A DNA stretch of 64,000 nt from Euglena gracilis (GCA_039621445.1 CP154954.1:3415715-3479714), one strand, 5' to 3'; shown: positions 13,171 through 25,860, counted from the stretch's first letter. The notes: generated by a model from the letters alone, not told the origin. Made by a program: numbers and translations.

Positions 13171-15502
13171 GGGGGTTTTCGGGACGCGGGGGGGACGCGG
13201 GGGGGGGACGCGGGGGGGGGGACGCGGGGAGAACACCTTCGGGATGTTGTTTAACGTAACTGGCCAGATTGGTTGGCCAGGTTTGGGCCAGATGTGCTGC
13301 CCAGTTTTGGGTCCAGCCCAAAACTGGCCACCAAAACAACATCAGAATGCACCAGAACACCATTTTGCAAACAAAAAGGACGGACAAACGAAACCTTCCA
13401 GCCTCTAGTCACAGCTACAAGAATCAGAAAATACAAACGTTTTCTCCGCAACGAATACAAAATGGAGCAGTTTTGCAGGGACATGCTCAGGTCCAGATTA
13501 TCAATCTTTCCAATGACTCATCATCATGTCCTTCCCATAAACTTCAACAACTGTGAGATTTATAGCAGAGAAAAATGAACATTCACTGGATGAACATTCA
13601 GAATTGTTTGGCAAACCTTTGTCATGGGGAGCTTGGCAATGCAAATCCGACTCAAAGTTTTCACCAATATCTCCTCAACATTCTTTCGCCTCATCTGTGG
13701 CAGGTTGTCACAGTGTTGTAGTCAATGACTTTCCCATAACGTCATTTATAAAGTTGAAGTCCACTTTGTAGCCTTGGCATCTGGGGAGAAGAGAATTTGG
13801 GTCAAAAAATCCTAATTTCGGGATTCTTGAAATTTCCGGAAATTTCTGGAAGTTTCCAATTTCCGGAAATTAAACTGATTTTCGGAAATTTGCCCAATGC
13901 CAGTATAGTATCGTATATAGTATAGTATATACCATGCCAGCCCCCCATATTGTACCCCCCCCATAATGTACCCCGCCATGGGGTACCCCCCAACCATGGA
14001 CCATGACCTTGGCCCCCCCCATATTGTACCCCCCCATGATGTACCTCCCCCCCAGAAAATGCCCCCTTGGGGGGGCGACAATTAGGGGGGGGTTACCCAT
14101 GGACCCATGGAAATGTGGGGTGAATTGAGTAACCCCCCCCTAATTGTCACCCCCCCTTATAGTCGCCAGGGGGGTCAAAACGCTCCCGGGGGGGTGCCAT
14201 ATAGGGGGGGAGTCACGTTACTCTACTATGGGGGGTCGACACACCCCTTCCCCCCCCCCTCACCGACCCCCTCGCCACGCCATTTTACCCCCCCTCCCCC
14301 CCCCTTTTCAGACCCCCTCGCCACGCCATGTCAGCCGCGCCAAAGAAAATTTTCTTGGAAAACTCCCGCGCACCCCTTGCCCCCCATCCGGGACCCCCTC
14401 GCCATGCCAAAAACCCCCCTCCCCCCCCCCTCCCTAGCCGGACGGCTCGCCACGGCGTGCCGACCCCCCTATATGCATACTATACACTATACTATATGCT
14501 ATACTATATACCATGCCCCCCGACCCGAGCTATTCCCGTCCCGGGACCCTTTCCGGCCTAATGGGAACAGTACGGGGGGGGGGACAGCTCGGGGGGGGAC
14601 CTAGGTCCCCCCCCGAGCTATTCCCATACCCGACCCTCGGGCAACCCAAAAGGGGTCATTTTGGCAACTTTTTGGATGTTCACAAAAAATAGTCAATTTT
14701 GTGCGCATTTGCCAAAATGTGATTTTTGAAAATGGTCCAAAAACTTCCATTTTTGACCACTTTCTTTGGAAGTTCTTTATAAAAAGTGCTATGACAGTGA
14801 GCTATTCCCGTACCCCCAATGGGAATAGCTCGGGGGGGGGGGGATAGCTAGGGGGGGTGCATGGTACTATACTATATGCTATGCTATACTATACTATACC
14901 ACCATTCCCCCCCATATTGTAACCCCCCTATCAGGGAGGGGTGACAAATAGGGGGGGGGTCACGTTATAGTATAGTACATAGGAGGCGGACGGACGGACG
15001 GACGGACGGCTGGTGAAAAAAGCGAAGGTCCGGACGGACGGCTGAAGTTGTGGCGTTGGTTGAGATTAAGACAGAGTTCATTTTCAATGGAAAGAATTCA
15101 AGTCAAAGACTCAATTAACAAAGTGGATTTGAATTGAAAGAAGTTTTGAGACTGACCAAGTGTTTTGAAGTCAATTGAAGGTGTGCCTTTTTTTCAAATG
15201 AGAAGTTTGTTGAAGATGCTTGAAGGTTCCTTTGCAAGCAACGGTTCCACCTTAATTGGTTTGTGGTACCTTGATGTTTCTGTTGTCCATGTTCTTGTGT
15301 GTTAGTTTTAAGTTTTTGAAGCTTTTTTGATGAAATTTGTGATGGTCAGTTTTGGACCGGTGGGTGATTTTGTTCCAAAAAAAAGCCAAAAATGGCCAAA
15401 AACGGGCAGTTTTTGCCACTTTTTGGGGGGTCACACGCACAAGTCGACATCTCTCTATTTATGAAAATAATTTTCATAAAAGTACACGGACGAGAATGGT
15501 AT

Positions 15503-15575
15503 CGCCCCGTGGCATAGTGGTTGTGTGGTTAGCGTGTGACCGGTAGGTCGCGGGTTCGAATCCCGTTGGGGGGCA
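15503..15575 (+). ncRNA. tRNA-like element (copy of 8302-8374)
   Basis: Same sequence inside the duplication. Confidence 0.65.
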
Positions 15576-16324
15576 AATATGTGCTGTTCAACGAGAAAAA
15601 TGTCAGTAAAATTTGACTGGGCCAAAAGTTTGTTTACTTTATTGACGTTCGTTTATTGCACCCCCTCCTCAAAAGTATGAGTTTTAAGGACGGAAAATTT
15701 TGAGGTCTTTTGTAAAAAAAAGTTTTTTTCCATCAAAAATCACGCGTTTTTGGGTTTTTCTTTTATTTTTATTATTTTTTCAAAAAAAATTTGGTTTCCC
15801 CGAAAACGGTGAAAACGTTGTGCTGGGTGTGGAGGGGTGTCGACTTACCCCCCCCTTCCGGTTCTTCCGGCGCAGTTTTTTGGTGCTGCCAAGAAATATG
15901 TTGCAAATGTTCATCCACCCGCAAAATAAACGGCCGCGTCTTGCGCAGCACCAGGAAAAACAGAAGGCAGGGACGATTTCTTAATGTGACGCGACGAGTG
16001 GAGGGAGGCCGTGACTGCTTTTCGGAAGGAAGGCAATTTTTTTTTTGGTCCGGCCGGCTGGCAAGACAGACATTGGTCCGGCTTGACGGACGGCTGGCGA
16101 AAAAATGCTTTGTCCGGACGGACGGCTGGGCGTCCAGCATTGGTCAGGCTGAAGAGGTCCGGACGGCTCGGACGGACGGACGGCCAGCCGCCCCCCTGGG
16201 ACGCGGGTGGGACGCGGGGGGGGGGGACGCGGGGGGGGGACGCTGGGGAGACGCCATTTTTGGGACAATGAAATTAGGAATTTTATACGAGAATTTTTTT
16301 GCCAAATTAGGACTCTAACAAACA

Positions 16325-16432
16325 AATTAGGAATCACCAACCCCAAATTAGGAATCACCACCACAAATTAGGAATCACCCACACCAAATTAGGAATCACC
16401 AACCTCAAATTTGCCTGAAATTAGGAATCACC
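16325..16432. repeat. Minisatellite, ~19-22-bp unit with core CAAATTAGGAATCACC
   Basis: Core AAATTAGGAATCACC occurs about five times in tandem. Confidence 0.9.
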
Positions 16433-16950
16433 TCCTAAATTTGGCTGTCTCGAGAACAAATTTTTGGTTCCAAAGTGGGATGCGGGGGGGACGCGGGGGG
16501 GGGGGACGCGGGGGGGACGCGGGGGAGACACCCCCACAGGTCGTGGCCAGTTTTGGGCCACAGGTCGTGGCCAGTTTCAGGCCACGGGTGGTGGCCAGTT
16601 TGGGCTGGGCCATAGATGATGGCCAAAACCGTCACTTCACATATTCTGGTTCGTCTTCTTGTTTGTTTTGAAGTTGGTTGTTTTTTTGGCAAACACCACG
16701 GTAGTGAAAAAAAAGTTCTTCATTCCAACTTTTTGAGGGGGGGAACGCGTCCCCCCCCCCTCCTTCTCTGGAATAATATCTCCTGCGCTGGTCAGAACAA
16801 GTATTTGCGAGGTGCAGAACGTTTTCCATTTTCTTTCCTACGCAAGTTGCAGGAGGTTATTTTTCGGGATGGAAATTGCCACGGAAAATTTCCGGGACCT
16901 GATAGAAAATTACATAGTGAAATTTCCCCAGGGGCCGGAAACGCCCATTG

Positions 16951-17390
16951 CTATACTATACTATACTATACTATACTATACTATACTATACTATACTATA
17001 CTATACTATACTATACTATACTATACTATACTATACTATACTATACTATACGATACTATACTATACTGTACTACACTATACTATACTACACTATACTATA
17101 CTATACTATACTATACTATACTATACTATACTATACTATACTATACTATACTATACTATACTATACTATACTATACTATACTATACTATACTATACTATA
17201 CTATACTATACTATACTATACTATACTATACTATACTATAATATACTATACTATACTATACTATACTATACTATACTATACTATACTATACTATACTATA
17301 CTATACTATACTATACTATACTATACTATACTATACTATACTATACTATACTATACTATACTATACTATACTATACTATACTATACTATA
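16951..17390. repeat. (CTATA)n pentanucleotide microsatellite
   Basis: Direct reading; ~440 bp, almost perfect. Confidence 0.99.
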
Positions 17391-17637
17391 ATGGAGCCGT
17401 GTGGACGGACGGACGGACGGACGGACAGACGGACGGACGGCTAGAGAAAGTTCCTTTCACCTGGACGGACGGCTGGACAGGATGCATTTTGACTGGACGG
17501 ACGGACGGCCAGGTTGGTCTCAAAATCACGAAAGGTCTAGCGCAGGCAACCACGCTCGGTATTTCCTAATTGTGTATCAGAAAAGTGTTTCTCCCTGCGT
17601 TAGTCCAGTGTGTTCCCTGCGTTAGTCCCCCGGACAG

Positions 17638-17937
17638 AGGGCCAGCTTCGATCGGTACCATCTTCTGGCCGCGCGGGTTCGAGTCCCGATGAGCTAAACT
17701 CCGAGCCGGGAGTGCACGGGACTTGAACCAGCCATGGCATACGGCGCTGCCAGACGGGGTAAGGAATGGCCGCCGTACGGCGGGAAGTTTCGATGGCGCC
17801 GAGGTGGAAATCAGCAACCAGAGGCTCAACCCTGGCGTGCCTGATGGGTAAGGGCCGGTGAACCATCGGTTCACCGGCGGTTGCCTACCTGACGTGTCAC
17901 GATTAAACCATTGCGGCTTCGGCCGAGCAGTGACACC
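17638..17937 (+). other. Hairpin-rich region with a B box; possible SINE or retroelement leader RNA
   Basis: GGGTTCGAGTCCC T-arm/B box; stems GGCCAG/CTGGCC, CCGCCG-TA-CGGCGG, GCCGGTGAACC/GGTTCACCGGC, GTGTCAC/GTGACAC, and CGGC-TTCG-GCCG. Confidence 0.35.
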
Positions 17938-17987
17938 AAGGACAAGCAACCCCTATCAAGCACGCCATCGCCAAGCATCAGGAGCTG

Positions 17988-18285
17988 TGTCGGCCGCCGG
18001 CTTTCGCCGGCAGCCAAAAATTGCCAGAAAGCGCAAATTTCAAAGTCGCGGGTAACAGCCAACCAGTTAAAAAACCCCGCGACTTAAATTGGAAGCGGGT
18101 CAAACTAGTTTGCGCTTTCAAATTCGTCATTTTTCACAGAACTTGAGGGGTTTTCCCCAATATTTGGCAAGAAGGAATACTATTGTATTGAATTTGTCAA
18201 TTGGACTTTGATTTGAAGTGGCAAGTTGAGTTTCATTGTTGGTCATTAATCTATTGAAGTCATTGTCTTGAAGGAGCCTTTAACA
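17988..18285 (+). repeat. 5' LTR (end uncertain; candidate TGT...ACA end at 18285)
   Basis: 17988-18230 aligns by eye with 30629-30870, with many substitutions. No TGG-type tRNA PBS was seen after the candidate end. Confidence 0.75.
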
Positions 18286-18786
18286 CCACCGCCCACTCCT
18301 CTATACCACCGCCTTCGCCTCCATCACCTACCACTCCTTGCCCCAAGGTTTGCGCATTTCATACATTCACATTTCACAGTTTCGGTTTCAATTGTGTTCT
18401 CACTCAAGTTTCGGAGTTTCAGAAATCAAGTTTCTTTCAGTTTTTGACTTCAAGAGTTCAAGTTTCAGTGGGTTGGTTTTTGCCTACAAGTTGTGCGAGA
18501 GAGAAGTGAGATTTTCACACCAAATGGCAGATTTTTCGATTTTGAGCAAAATTTCGGAAACCGCAAAAAAAACGATCCTATGCACCGGCTGGGGTTGAGG
18601 AACCCACCTGGGTGAAAAAACGGTGGTTGACTTGAGCCCACCAACCCCCGGAGATAGCGCAGGCCCCACCCCGGAAACACCACCCCCCTGTCGGTGGTCC
18701 TCCCCACCGGCGAGGACCCCCCGGGGCCCTCGGCCCGAAGGGACTCGGCGGTCGCGGGGGCGACCGGCGGCCCGGGGGTGGCGGAC

Positions 18787-19070
18787 CCGGTGAACATGGT
18801 AGCAGAGGTTGGCTCACTGACTTCGTCAGTGAGGATTTTTCAGATCCGGTGAACATGGTTAGCAGAGGTTGGCTCACTGACTTCGTCAGTGAGTATTTTT
18901 CAGATCCGTTGAACATGGTAAGCAGAGGCAGTTTCACTGACTCTGTCAGTGAAAATTTTTCAGAAACGGTCAACACGGTCACAGAGGATTGTTCTGTTGG
19001 CTGTGCCAGCAGAATGGTACACGAGGGCAGTTTCACCAACCCAGTTGTCTGTGAATTTTCAGAAGAATAT
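18787..19070. repeat. ~60-bp tandem repeat in the element leader/gag region
   Basis: Unit CCGGTGAACATGGTTAGCAGAGGTTGGCTCACTGACTTCGTCAGTGAGGATTTTTCAGAT: three clear copies plus degenerate ones. Confidence 0.85.
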
Positions 19071-19363
19071 GCAGAAATCCGCATCCATTTTCAGGTCAAT
19101 CTGTCCGAGTTTCAGATTGTGGTGAAAATTTTCTGAGATCTGTGTCAGAAATCTATTTTCAGAACGAAAAGGAAACTGAGTTTTCTGCAGCCCAGTTTTC
19201 AGAATCTGTGGCATCATTGCAAATCGTGACGGAATCTGTGGCAGAAAACAATTTTCAGCCTGCAGAATTGTTATCGTCTTAAGAATTTTCAGAAACGACA
19301 CAGGAATCAGAATCTGATGCTGATTCGGGGAGGGGGTCAATTACATTCATAAGGCCCATCACG

Positions 19364-20910
19364 GTGGAAGGGCCAGAAAATTTACAGCTGGTTCCACTGC
19401 ACAGCAGTGACGAGGAACCAGACCCCCCAGCTTACGAAAGCGAAACAGAGGAAGAAAAACAGGCTGAAAACACAATAATTCAGGAAATGGTGATGCAAAG
19501 AATGAAAGCTGCTGGCATGTGGCCAGTAAATTTTTCAGGTTTTCAGCAAATTTCTGTGTCGTCACGAGACAGCAGCCCAGGGCCAGAACAAAAAATGTTG
19601 CGTTTAACAGCCCAGCCAGAACCATTGCTGTTAACACAGAGTTCAGAAACGCAGTCAGCACAGCCAGCTGCAGCCCAGCTGCAGGTTTTTCAGCCAGCCC
19701 AGCCGTTTTCGGCTGAGATGTCTGTCCCAGCCCGGATCCCTGGACAGGTTTTCACCCAGCCCAGCAGTTTTCGGCTGGGTCATCTGTCCCAGCAATCATG
19801 GGGCCAGCCCAGATGACTTCACAGGTTTTTCAGCCAGCCCAGCAGTTTTCGGCTGGGTCATCTGTTCCAGCAATCATGGGACCAGCCCAGAATCATGGGC
19901 AGGTTTTTCAGCCAGCGTTAACAGTGTCTTGAAACACAGGCCCAGCCCAGATTTTTCAGCCTATTCAGCCAGATTTTCCACAGACCCAGCCACAGAATTT
20001 ACAGCCAAACACCAGTTTTTCTGCAGAAACTGGGTCCGAAAACCCTGAAAATCAGCATGATGTGGAAATGGAATCGGGCTATGGCCAATCTGATGATGAT
20101 TGTAACAATTGGGGTGAAGAGATCAGTTGCAAAATTGAATGTTCACATGGCAGACTTTTGGTGCAGGAAGGAAAAAATCCTGAAAAAACGGCTGAAAATC
20201 TGGTGGGGGAGGCAGAAAACAGGCTAAATCGGGCATTGGCCATGTCACATGGGCAGACATTGAATCTGGTCAATGAGGCATTGGGCATGCATGATCAGCG
20301 AATGGCTGATCACATTGCCATGGTGAAACGTGACATTCAGGCTGAACTGAGTGCAACTGTGAACGACTTGCTTTTGCAGTTTCAGCAAAATGGTGAAATG
20401 GTGCAAAATCGGGCCCAATGCCAAAGGCATTTGTTGAGTGTGGAAATGGAACGGCAGTTTGCTGAAAAAGTTAAGAAAGTGGAGGATGGACTAAACTCGT
20501 TTTTTGAGGCCCAGGTTGAGGGGTTGAGAAAAAATGAGAGGGATTTTTCTCAGAAGCTGTCGATTTTGGAAAAATCTGTGGGGGAGATGCACGTGGTGGT
20601 GCAACAAGTGGGGGAGAAGGAAAAACAGCAGGAAATTGCTGTTAATCAGGTCAAATCTGCAGTCGGTGAGCTAAGCTCTGGTCTGGAGGGACGCTTTGGG
20701 ATCATTTTTCAGCAATGCAAAAGTTTGGGGGACACTGAGTGTGCCAAATTTCAGGCACAGGCTGAGAAATTGAAGGAATGTTCACAGTCCCTGGAGCGAG
20801 AGAGCAAAGCTCTGAATGATCGTTTGGGGAGGTTGGAGAATTTTCTGGGTCGGAAAGATTTTCCCATTGAAAAAGTCTGTGACCTGATTAACAAGAGCGA
20901 GGAAACAATT
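19364..20910 (+). pseudogene. gag-like region (Q/P-rich repeats then predicted coiled coil), interrupted
   Basis: ORFs 19364-19816 (QVFQPAQ repeats) and 20062-20943 (E/K/Q-rich heptad-like) lie between the LTR and pol. Assignment is positional only. Confidence 0.5.
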
Positions 20911-20911
20911 A

Positions 20912-21115
20912 CAGGAGGTCCTCGAAAAAATAAGGAGGGATGAGGCCCATGCCATCCTGGTGATCCCCAGGTGGCCGGGGCGGCGTTGGTACAGGGAGGC
21001 CAGGGGCTTGGCAGTGCGCCAAGTCACGTTCCCTCAGGGAACACGATTTTTCGGCAGAGGGGAGGAGTTGTGCCGGGGGACCAAATGGGCCATCACAGCC
21101 ATTTTGCTGTGTGGG
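20912..21115 (+). pseudogene. C-terminal half of a DIRS/Dam-type N6-adenine DNA methyltransferase domain
   Basis: QEVLEKIRRDEAHAILVIPRWPGRRWYREARGLAVRQVTFPQGTRFF...RGTKWAITAILL aligns with the complete domain at 28585-28985. The catalytic xPPW half is deleted at the junction with gag. Confidence 0.7.
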
Positions 21116-21277
21116 CACCCAGACCGGTGTACGCTGGGGGTGACACGAAGGGGGAGGGAGAAAAAATCCAGGTTCGGGACACATTTTTCAGGACCACCCC
21201 CAGGGACGGGGGGGGCCACAGGGGAGGTCAAGCCGGCACACCTGGAACAGGTGGGGAGAGCGGACCAGCCGAGACGG

Positions 21278-21750
21278 ATGCTGGACCTGTTCTGCGGGAC
21301 AGGTTCAGTAGGGACGTCTACCGCAGCCTGGGTTTCCAGGTTACGTCGGTGGACGTGAACCACAGGTGGCGGCCAGACATTTGTGTTGACGTGCTAAAAT
21401 AGAATTTTAAAAAACAGTTCCAGCCTGGGAATTTTGAGGCAGTGATGTGTGGGGTCCCCTGCACCGAATTCAGCCTGGCCCTGACCACCAGGGAACGGGA
21501 TTTAACATTGGCTGATAGGCTGGTGCTGCGGGCCTGGCTATCATCAGGTACCTCCGCCAACAGCGGTGGTGGCTGGAAAGCCCCCGGTACGGGTACCTGA
21601 GGACCCGCAGGTACATGGCAGGGATCCCACACGTGGACGTGGATTACTGCCGGTATGCAGACTGGGGCTACCAGAAGTCCGCCAGGGTATGGGGCAGCCC
21701 ACATGTCCTGGGTCTCCGGCCACGGGTGTGTGACGGCCGGACCCGCTCCA
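21278..21750 (+). pseudogene. C5-cytosine DNA methyltransferase (compact, virus-like family), with frameshifts and a stop
   Basis: Motif I MLDLFCGTGSV (21278), VTSVD, motif IV CGVPCTEFS (PC at 21457-21462), RDLTLADRLV, motif VI WWLESP, and VDYCRYADWGYQKSARVW (motif VIII region). Confidence 0.92.
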
Positions 21751-21914
21751 TCCTGGAAAGCCCAGGACCTGAGGGGAGACGAAAGGGACGGCACCCCTTG
21801 TCCGTGGCCACAGCACCGGCATCGGAGGCCCAGGCTGCTGTGTCTCCGGGGCCAGAGGGAGCCCAACGCGGTGTGCCCACGGTCCTGCTCCATGAGGTTG
21901 GGCAGGGTGCAAGG

Positions 21915-22200
21915 GAACGGCAGCTGCTGATGCGGGTGCAGACCAGGGGGCCAGACGGACAGTCCCACTTCATCAACGCCCTCATTGACACAGGGGCAGA
22001 GGTGAACCTGGTCCGAAGAGGCAAGCTACCCGGCTCATACCTCCTGCCTGCCCCCAAGCCCCTGTCTCTGGTGACCGCCAGTGGCGCCAAGATGGAAGGA
22101 GGGGAACGTGAGGCAACCCTAGACCTGGACCTCCGGCGGGAGGGGGGCCCGGGTCAGGGGGAGGATCCCTGTGGACGGCTTCAGCCTCCTTTTATTAGGA
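21915..22200 (+). pseudogene. pol: Retropepsin aspartic protease
   Basis: ALIDTGAEVNLVRRG...LVTASGAKM, in frame with the end of the C5-MTase (ORF 21615-22355). Confidence 0.9.
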
Positions 22201-22689
22201 TGACATCCACGTGGAGGCCATCATCGGCTTTCCGGAGGAATACCAGCTCGGGGTGTTTCCACACCTCGGGGCCCTGGCGGTCCTCCTTCGGGGGCATGAC
22301 ACGGAGGGTGGGCGAGTTCAGCCAGCAGCCCATAAAAAGGCATAAAAGCGAGTGAGATACCTGAAAACGGTGGAAAAAGTCAGAGCACTGCGGCTTGCTT
22401 TGCCCGCGGCAGCCCTTGGGGGAGGACAACGAGGAGCCTGAGTTGGAGGGAAAACCCCTGCGCGAGGATGAGGCAACCCAGGAGGCCGTAGTCAAGGAAC
22501 TCCTGCGGGCAGTCTGGGAGGTCAAGGCACGGGCAGCCCAAGGGGTCATCCTTATTCCCGAAGGGGAACAGGTGACCAGCCAGCGGGCGGAGGAGCTCCG
22601 GGCAGCCCTCAGGAGGTATTTTGAGGGGGAGGTTCTCCGAACCAGGATTTGGGGGGAAATAATCGTTCGGGGGCCCCTGGGGGAAGAGA

Positions 22690-24070
22690 AAATTGAATTA
22701 AAACCGTGATCTGTGGCAAAGAAACAGAGACCCATCCACCTGACCTGGGAGAGGCACAGAGCCTTGTGTGACCTGGCGGGTGAGTGGGTTCGTGACGAGA
22801 AGGTGGAGGAGGGGGTGCCAAGTGCCTGGAGCCGCCCCACGTTCGTGGCGGCCAAGAAACAGGGGAAGTGGCGTGGGGTTCTGGATTTCCGGGCATTAAA
22901 CGAGGCCACAGTGACGGATGCTTACTCCCTCCCCAGGATTGAGGACATCCTGGTGAACCAGGGACGGAGGTACCTGTTCTCCGTCCTTGTTTCTCAGGGA
23001 TGCCTTCCATCAGGTGCCCCTGCACGAAGGCTCACGCCCATCCAGCTGCTGCAGCACCTCCCGCGAGTCCAAGCAGTGGTGTGTGGTCGTGATGGGCCTG
23101 AAAAATGGAGTGGCCATTTTTCAGCGGGTAATCGACTACTCGCTGAGGGATGTGGCTGATGTCGACAACCAATACGTTGACGACGTCATCGTGGGGACAT
23201 AGTCGTGTGGCACGGAGGAAGCTACCATGGAGGCACACGACCAAGACATCAGGCGAGTGTTACGGGCACTGCGGGAACACCGCCTGGTCGTGGACAAGAA
23301 CAAGTGCCGCTTCTTCGTAAGAGAACTGGAGTTCTGTGGCCACATCCTGGGGGGAGGAAAACGGAGGCCAGCACCGGGCAAAGTCATGGCGCTGGATAAG
23401 TTGGAGGAGCCCCGCACGATCACAGCCCTCAGGGGCTTTCTAGGCTTCACCAACTACTACTCCAGCTACGTGAAGGAGTATGCCCATTATGCATCCTCCC
23501 TGATGGACCTCCTCAAGGTGGGACGAGTGGAGTGGAAAAAGGGGAGCAAAAAACCTGTGAAATTCCGCCAAGTGGAACGGGAGGCCTTCACCGCCATGAA
23601 GCAGGAGCTCCTCCGGGGATTGAAGCTCCACACCATCAACCCGGACCAGCCATTCATTCTCCGGGTGGATGCGAGCGACAAGGCGGTGGGGGCAGCCTTG
23701 GAACAGTTTTTGGAGCCAACAGAGGGGATGCACACAGCCATGGAAGCCACTACACGGAAAACCGTGCCTGTGGCCTTCTGCTCCAGGAAAATCCCGGCTG
23801 GACAGGTGAAGAGCTGGTCTCCGCGAGAGAAAGAGACCTACGCCGTCATCCTTGCCCTCCAAAATGGGCCTCCTACATCGGCCTGCAGCCGGCGTTGGGT
23901 CCTCACGGACCACAAGTCCCTGGTGGCCTGCACCAAGGAAACCCTGGACACGCCCAGCGGACCTGCCGGGAGGCGGGGACGCTGACATGAAATGTTCTCA
24001 CGGTTTGAACTTCACGTGGTCTATATCCCGGGAAAGGAAAATGTGGTGGCGGATGCCCTCAGCAGATGGG
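22690..24070 (+). pseudogene. pol: Ty3/Gypsy reverse transcriptase and RNase H, frameshifted
   Basis: WSRPTFVAAKK, KWRGVLDFRALN, YSLPRIEDIL, LRDAFHQV, VMGLKNG, YVDD (23173-23184), KCRFFVRELEFCGH, LRGFLGFTNYY; RNase H: RVDASDKAVGAALEQ, SPREKETYAV, LTDHKSL, ENVVADALSR. Confidence 0.96.
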
Positions 24071-24730
24071 CATATCCTGCCTCCAAGGCTTTTGCCGACA
24101 TCAGCCTCCACGGGAGCGGGGAGGATGATGAAGCAATGAGGGCCATGATCGAAGACGAACGGAGGGAAGAGCCGGAATGCGAGACACCGCACGGGGGGGG
24201 AGGAACTCCACGTGGCGGTAACAAAAAGCAGTGGGGGAGACACAGCAGCACAGCACGGACCTGGCCCCAGCCCCACAGAGGGGGAGAGGGCTGAGGATTC
24301 AGTGCCAGGGAGCCCTGACCCTGACCCCACAGGGGGGGAGGGGCCTGTGGACGCCCCCTTGGGAGATTCGGGTCCCATCCTCACGGGAGGGGAGGGGGTT
24401 GGGGTACCTGGGTTTGACACGCGGGTGACACGGGGTCCCCCTCGTGCCCATCTTTTCATGGATGAATTCGGGAATGAACAGCCGGCAAGAGGGGGGGAAC
24501 CTGAGGAACATCAACCGGGGGGAAGAGTTCTGAGTGAGGACCTTCAGCGGACCCCAACATCAACGATCCCCACGGAGGTGATCTTGGGGAACCTGAGGGG
24601 GAACCGATTTCATTTTCTCCAGACACGGGGGTGCACACCCAGGAAGAGGTGGATGAGGATCCCTCCATCCCAGTGATGGACAGGGATTGGTCACGGGCAT
24701 ATTAAAATTGCCCTGTGTGGCGGCCTGTTT

Positions 24731-25860
24731 ATGCAAATGCCTGCAGGAGAGTGGCCTGAGGGAGTCCGTCTGTACGAGGACAAAATGTACACGGACGGGA
24801 TCCTCTTTGTGCCAACCAGCCTGATGGGGCTCGTGGTCCGTGCCCACCACGGGGACGCAGGCCACCCAGGAGCCTCCAGGCTCTGGCACCAGATGGGGCG
24901 GTGGTACAGGTTCGCGGATCCAAGGGGGGCTGAGAAAATCACCCAAGGCATCCAGCGGCAATGTGAAATCTGCCAAGCCTGTGACCACTCTCGAGCACCT
25001 TTCAAGTGTGCTCTCGAAGCCACCCCTGTGCCACCGTTCCTCATGGACAGTGTGGCAGTGGACCTGTTCGACATGCCTGAGGTGACCCACGAGAGCCGAG
25101 TGTATGATTACCTGGCCCTGTGCGTGGACCGTGAGAGTGGGTGGACAGTGGCCACCCCCCACAAGTACAAGGGCCTGACAGCTGAGGTGGTGGCCAAGGC
25201 CATGTTCCGCTACTAGGGCATGTTCGGGGTGCCCTCTGTGTGACCTCGGACCGTGGCCCCCATTTTGCTTCGGCTTGGAGGCAAACAATGTGCGTCGCCA
25301 TGGGGGTGAGGCGTGCCTACGGGCAAGCCGACCACCACCAGGCCAACGGTCGGGCATAGGTGGCAGGCCAACGGGCGATGAACACCCTGTCCAAGCTCAT
25401 CGCTGACCTGTCGGAGAAGGAGGCCTCATGGGTGGTGCTGTTACCCAAGGCCCTCCGGCACCTGCACGATGTGCCAGGCTTGTCGCCCTACGAGGCGGTT
25501 TTCGGGCGGCACCGGCCACTCCAAGGCCTGCACCACCGGCCACCACGAGAGGCCGAGGTGGCAGCCGACTTCATGGCACGGATGCGGGCTATGGACGAGG
25601 AGGTGGCCTCAACCTTGAGTGCCTTGCACGCCAAACGGTGGGCTTCCATCAACGCCAAGAGAAGGGATCCACTTCCTCTGGAGGTCGGTGCCAAGGTGTG
25701 GTACCGTCCCGAGTCACAGCCGGGAACGGACAAGTTGGCCACCAAGTGGAAAAGGGGGACTGTGGTGGCCCGCCAGTGTCTACACTCATGTGTGGTGGAG
25801 CTGCCCCCGGGGGCCCGCCAAGAGACACACCGGAGCCAACTGAAGCTCTACGCAGAAGAC
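24731..25860 (+). pseudogene. pol: Integrase (HHCC zinc finger, DDE core), with stops
   Basis: AHHGDAGHPG...CEICQAC; SVAVDLF; TSDRGPHF; HHQANGR; GLSPYEAVFGR; VGAKVWY...HRSQLKLY. Confidence 0.93.

Larger units (their letters stand above)
11010..16198. repeat. Rearranged duplicate of 1-8998
   Basis: 11010-13260 matches 1-2257 (direct), 13258-15060 matches 5520-7310 (inverted), 15061-16198 matches 7861-8998 (direct). Confidence 0.95.

Noticed and set aside
16616-17569. Long ORFs with YYTIL repeats (also 8573-9358)
   Set aside because: Translations of (CTATA)n microsatellites that happen to lack stops.
17638-17720. Hammerhead or HDV-like ribozyme
   Set aside because: CCGATGAG lacks the CTGA core and the downstream GAAA, and the HDV P1.1/L3 pattern could not be built.
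16325-19070. CRISPR-like appearance of the 16325 and 18787 repeats
   Set aside because: Units are tandem without unique spacers, no cas genes are present, and the context is eukaryotic.
21278-21750. Bacterial restriction-modification system or contamination
   Set aside because: The MTase is in frame with a retropepsin, decayed to the same degree as pol, and has no neighbouring endonuclease.
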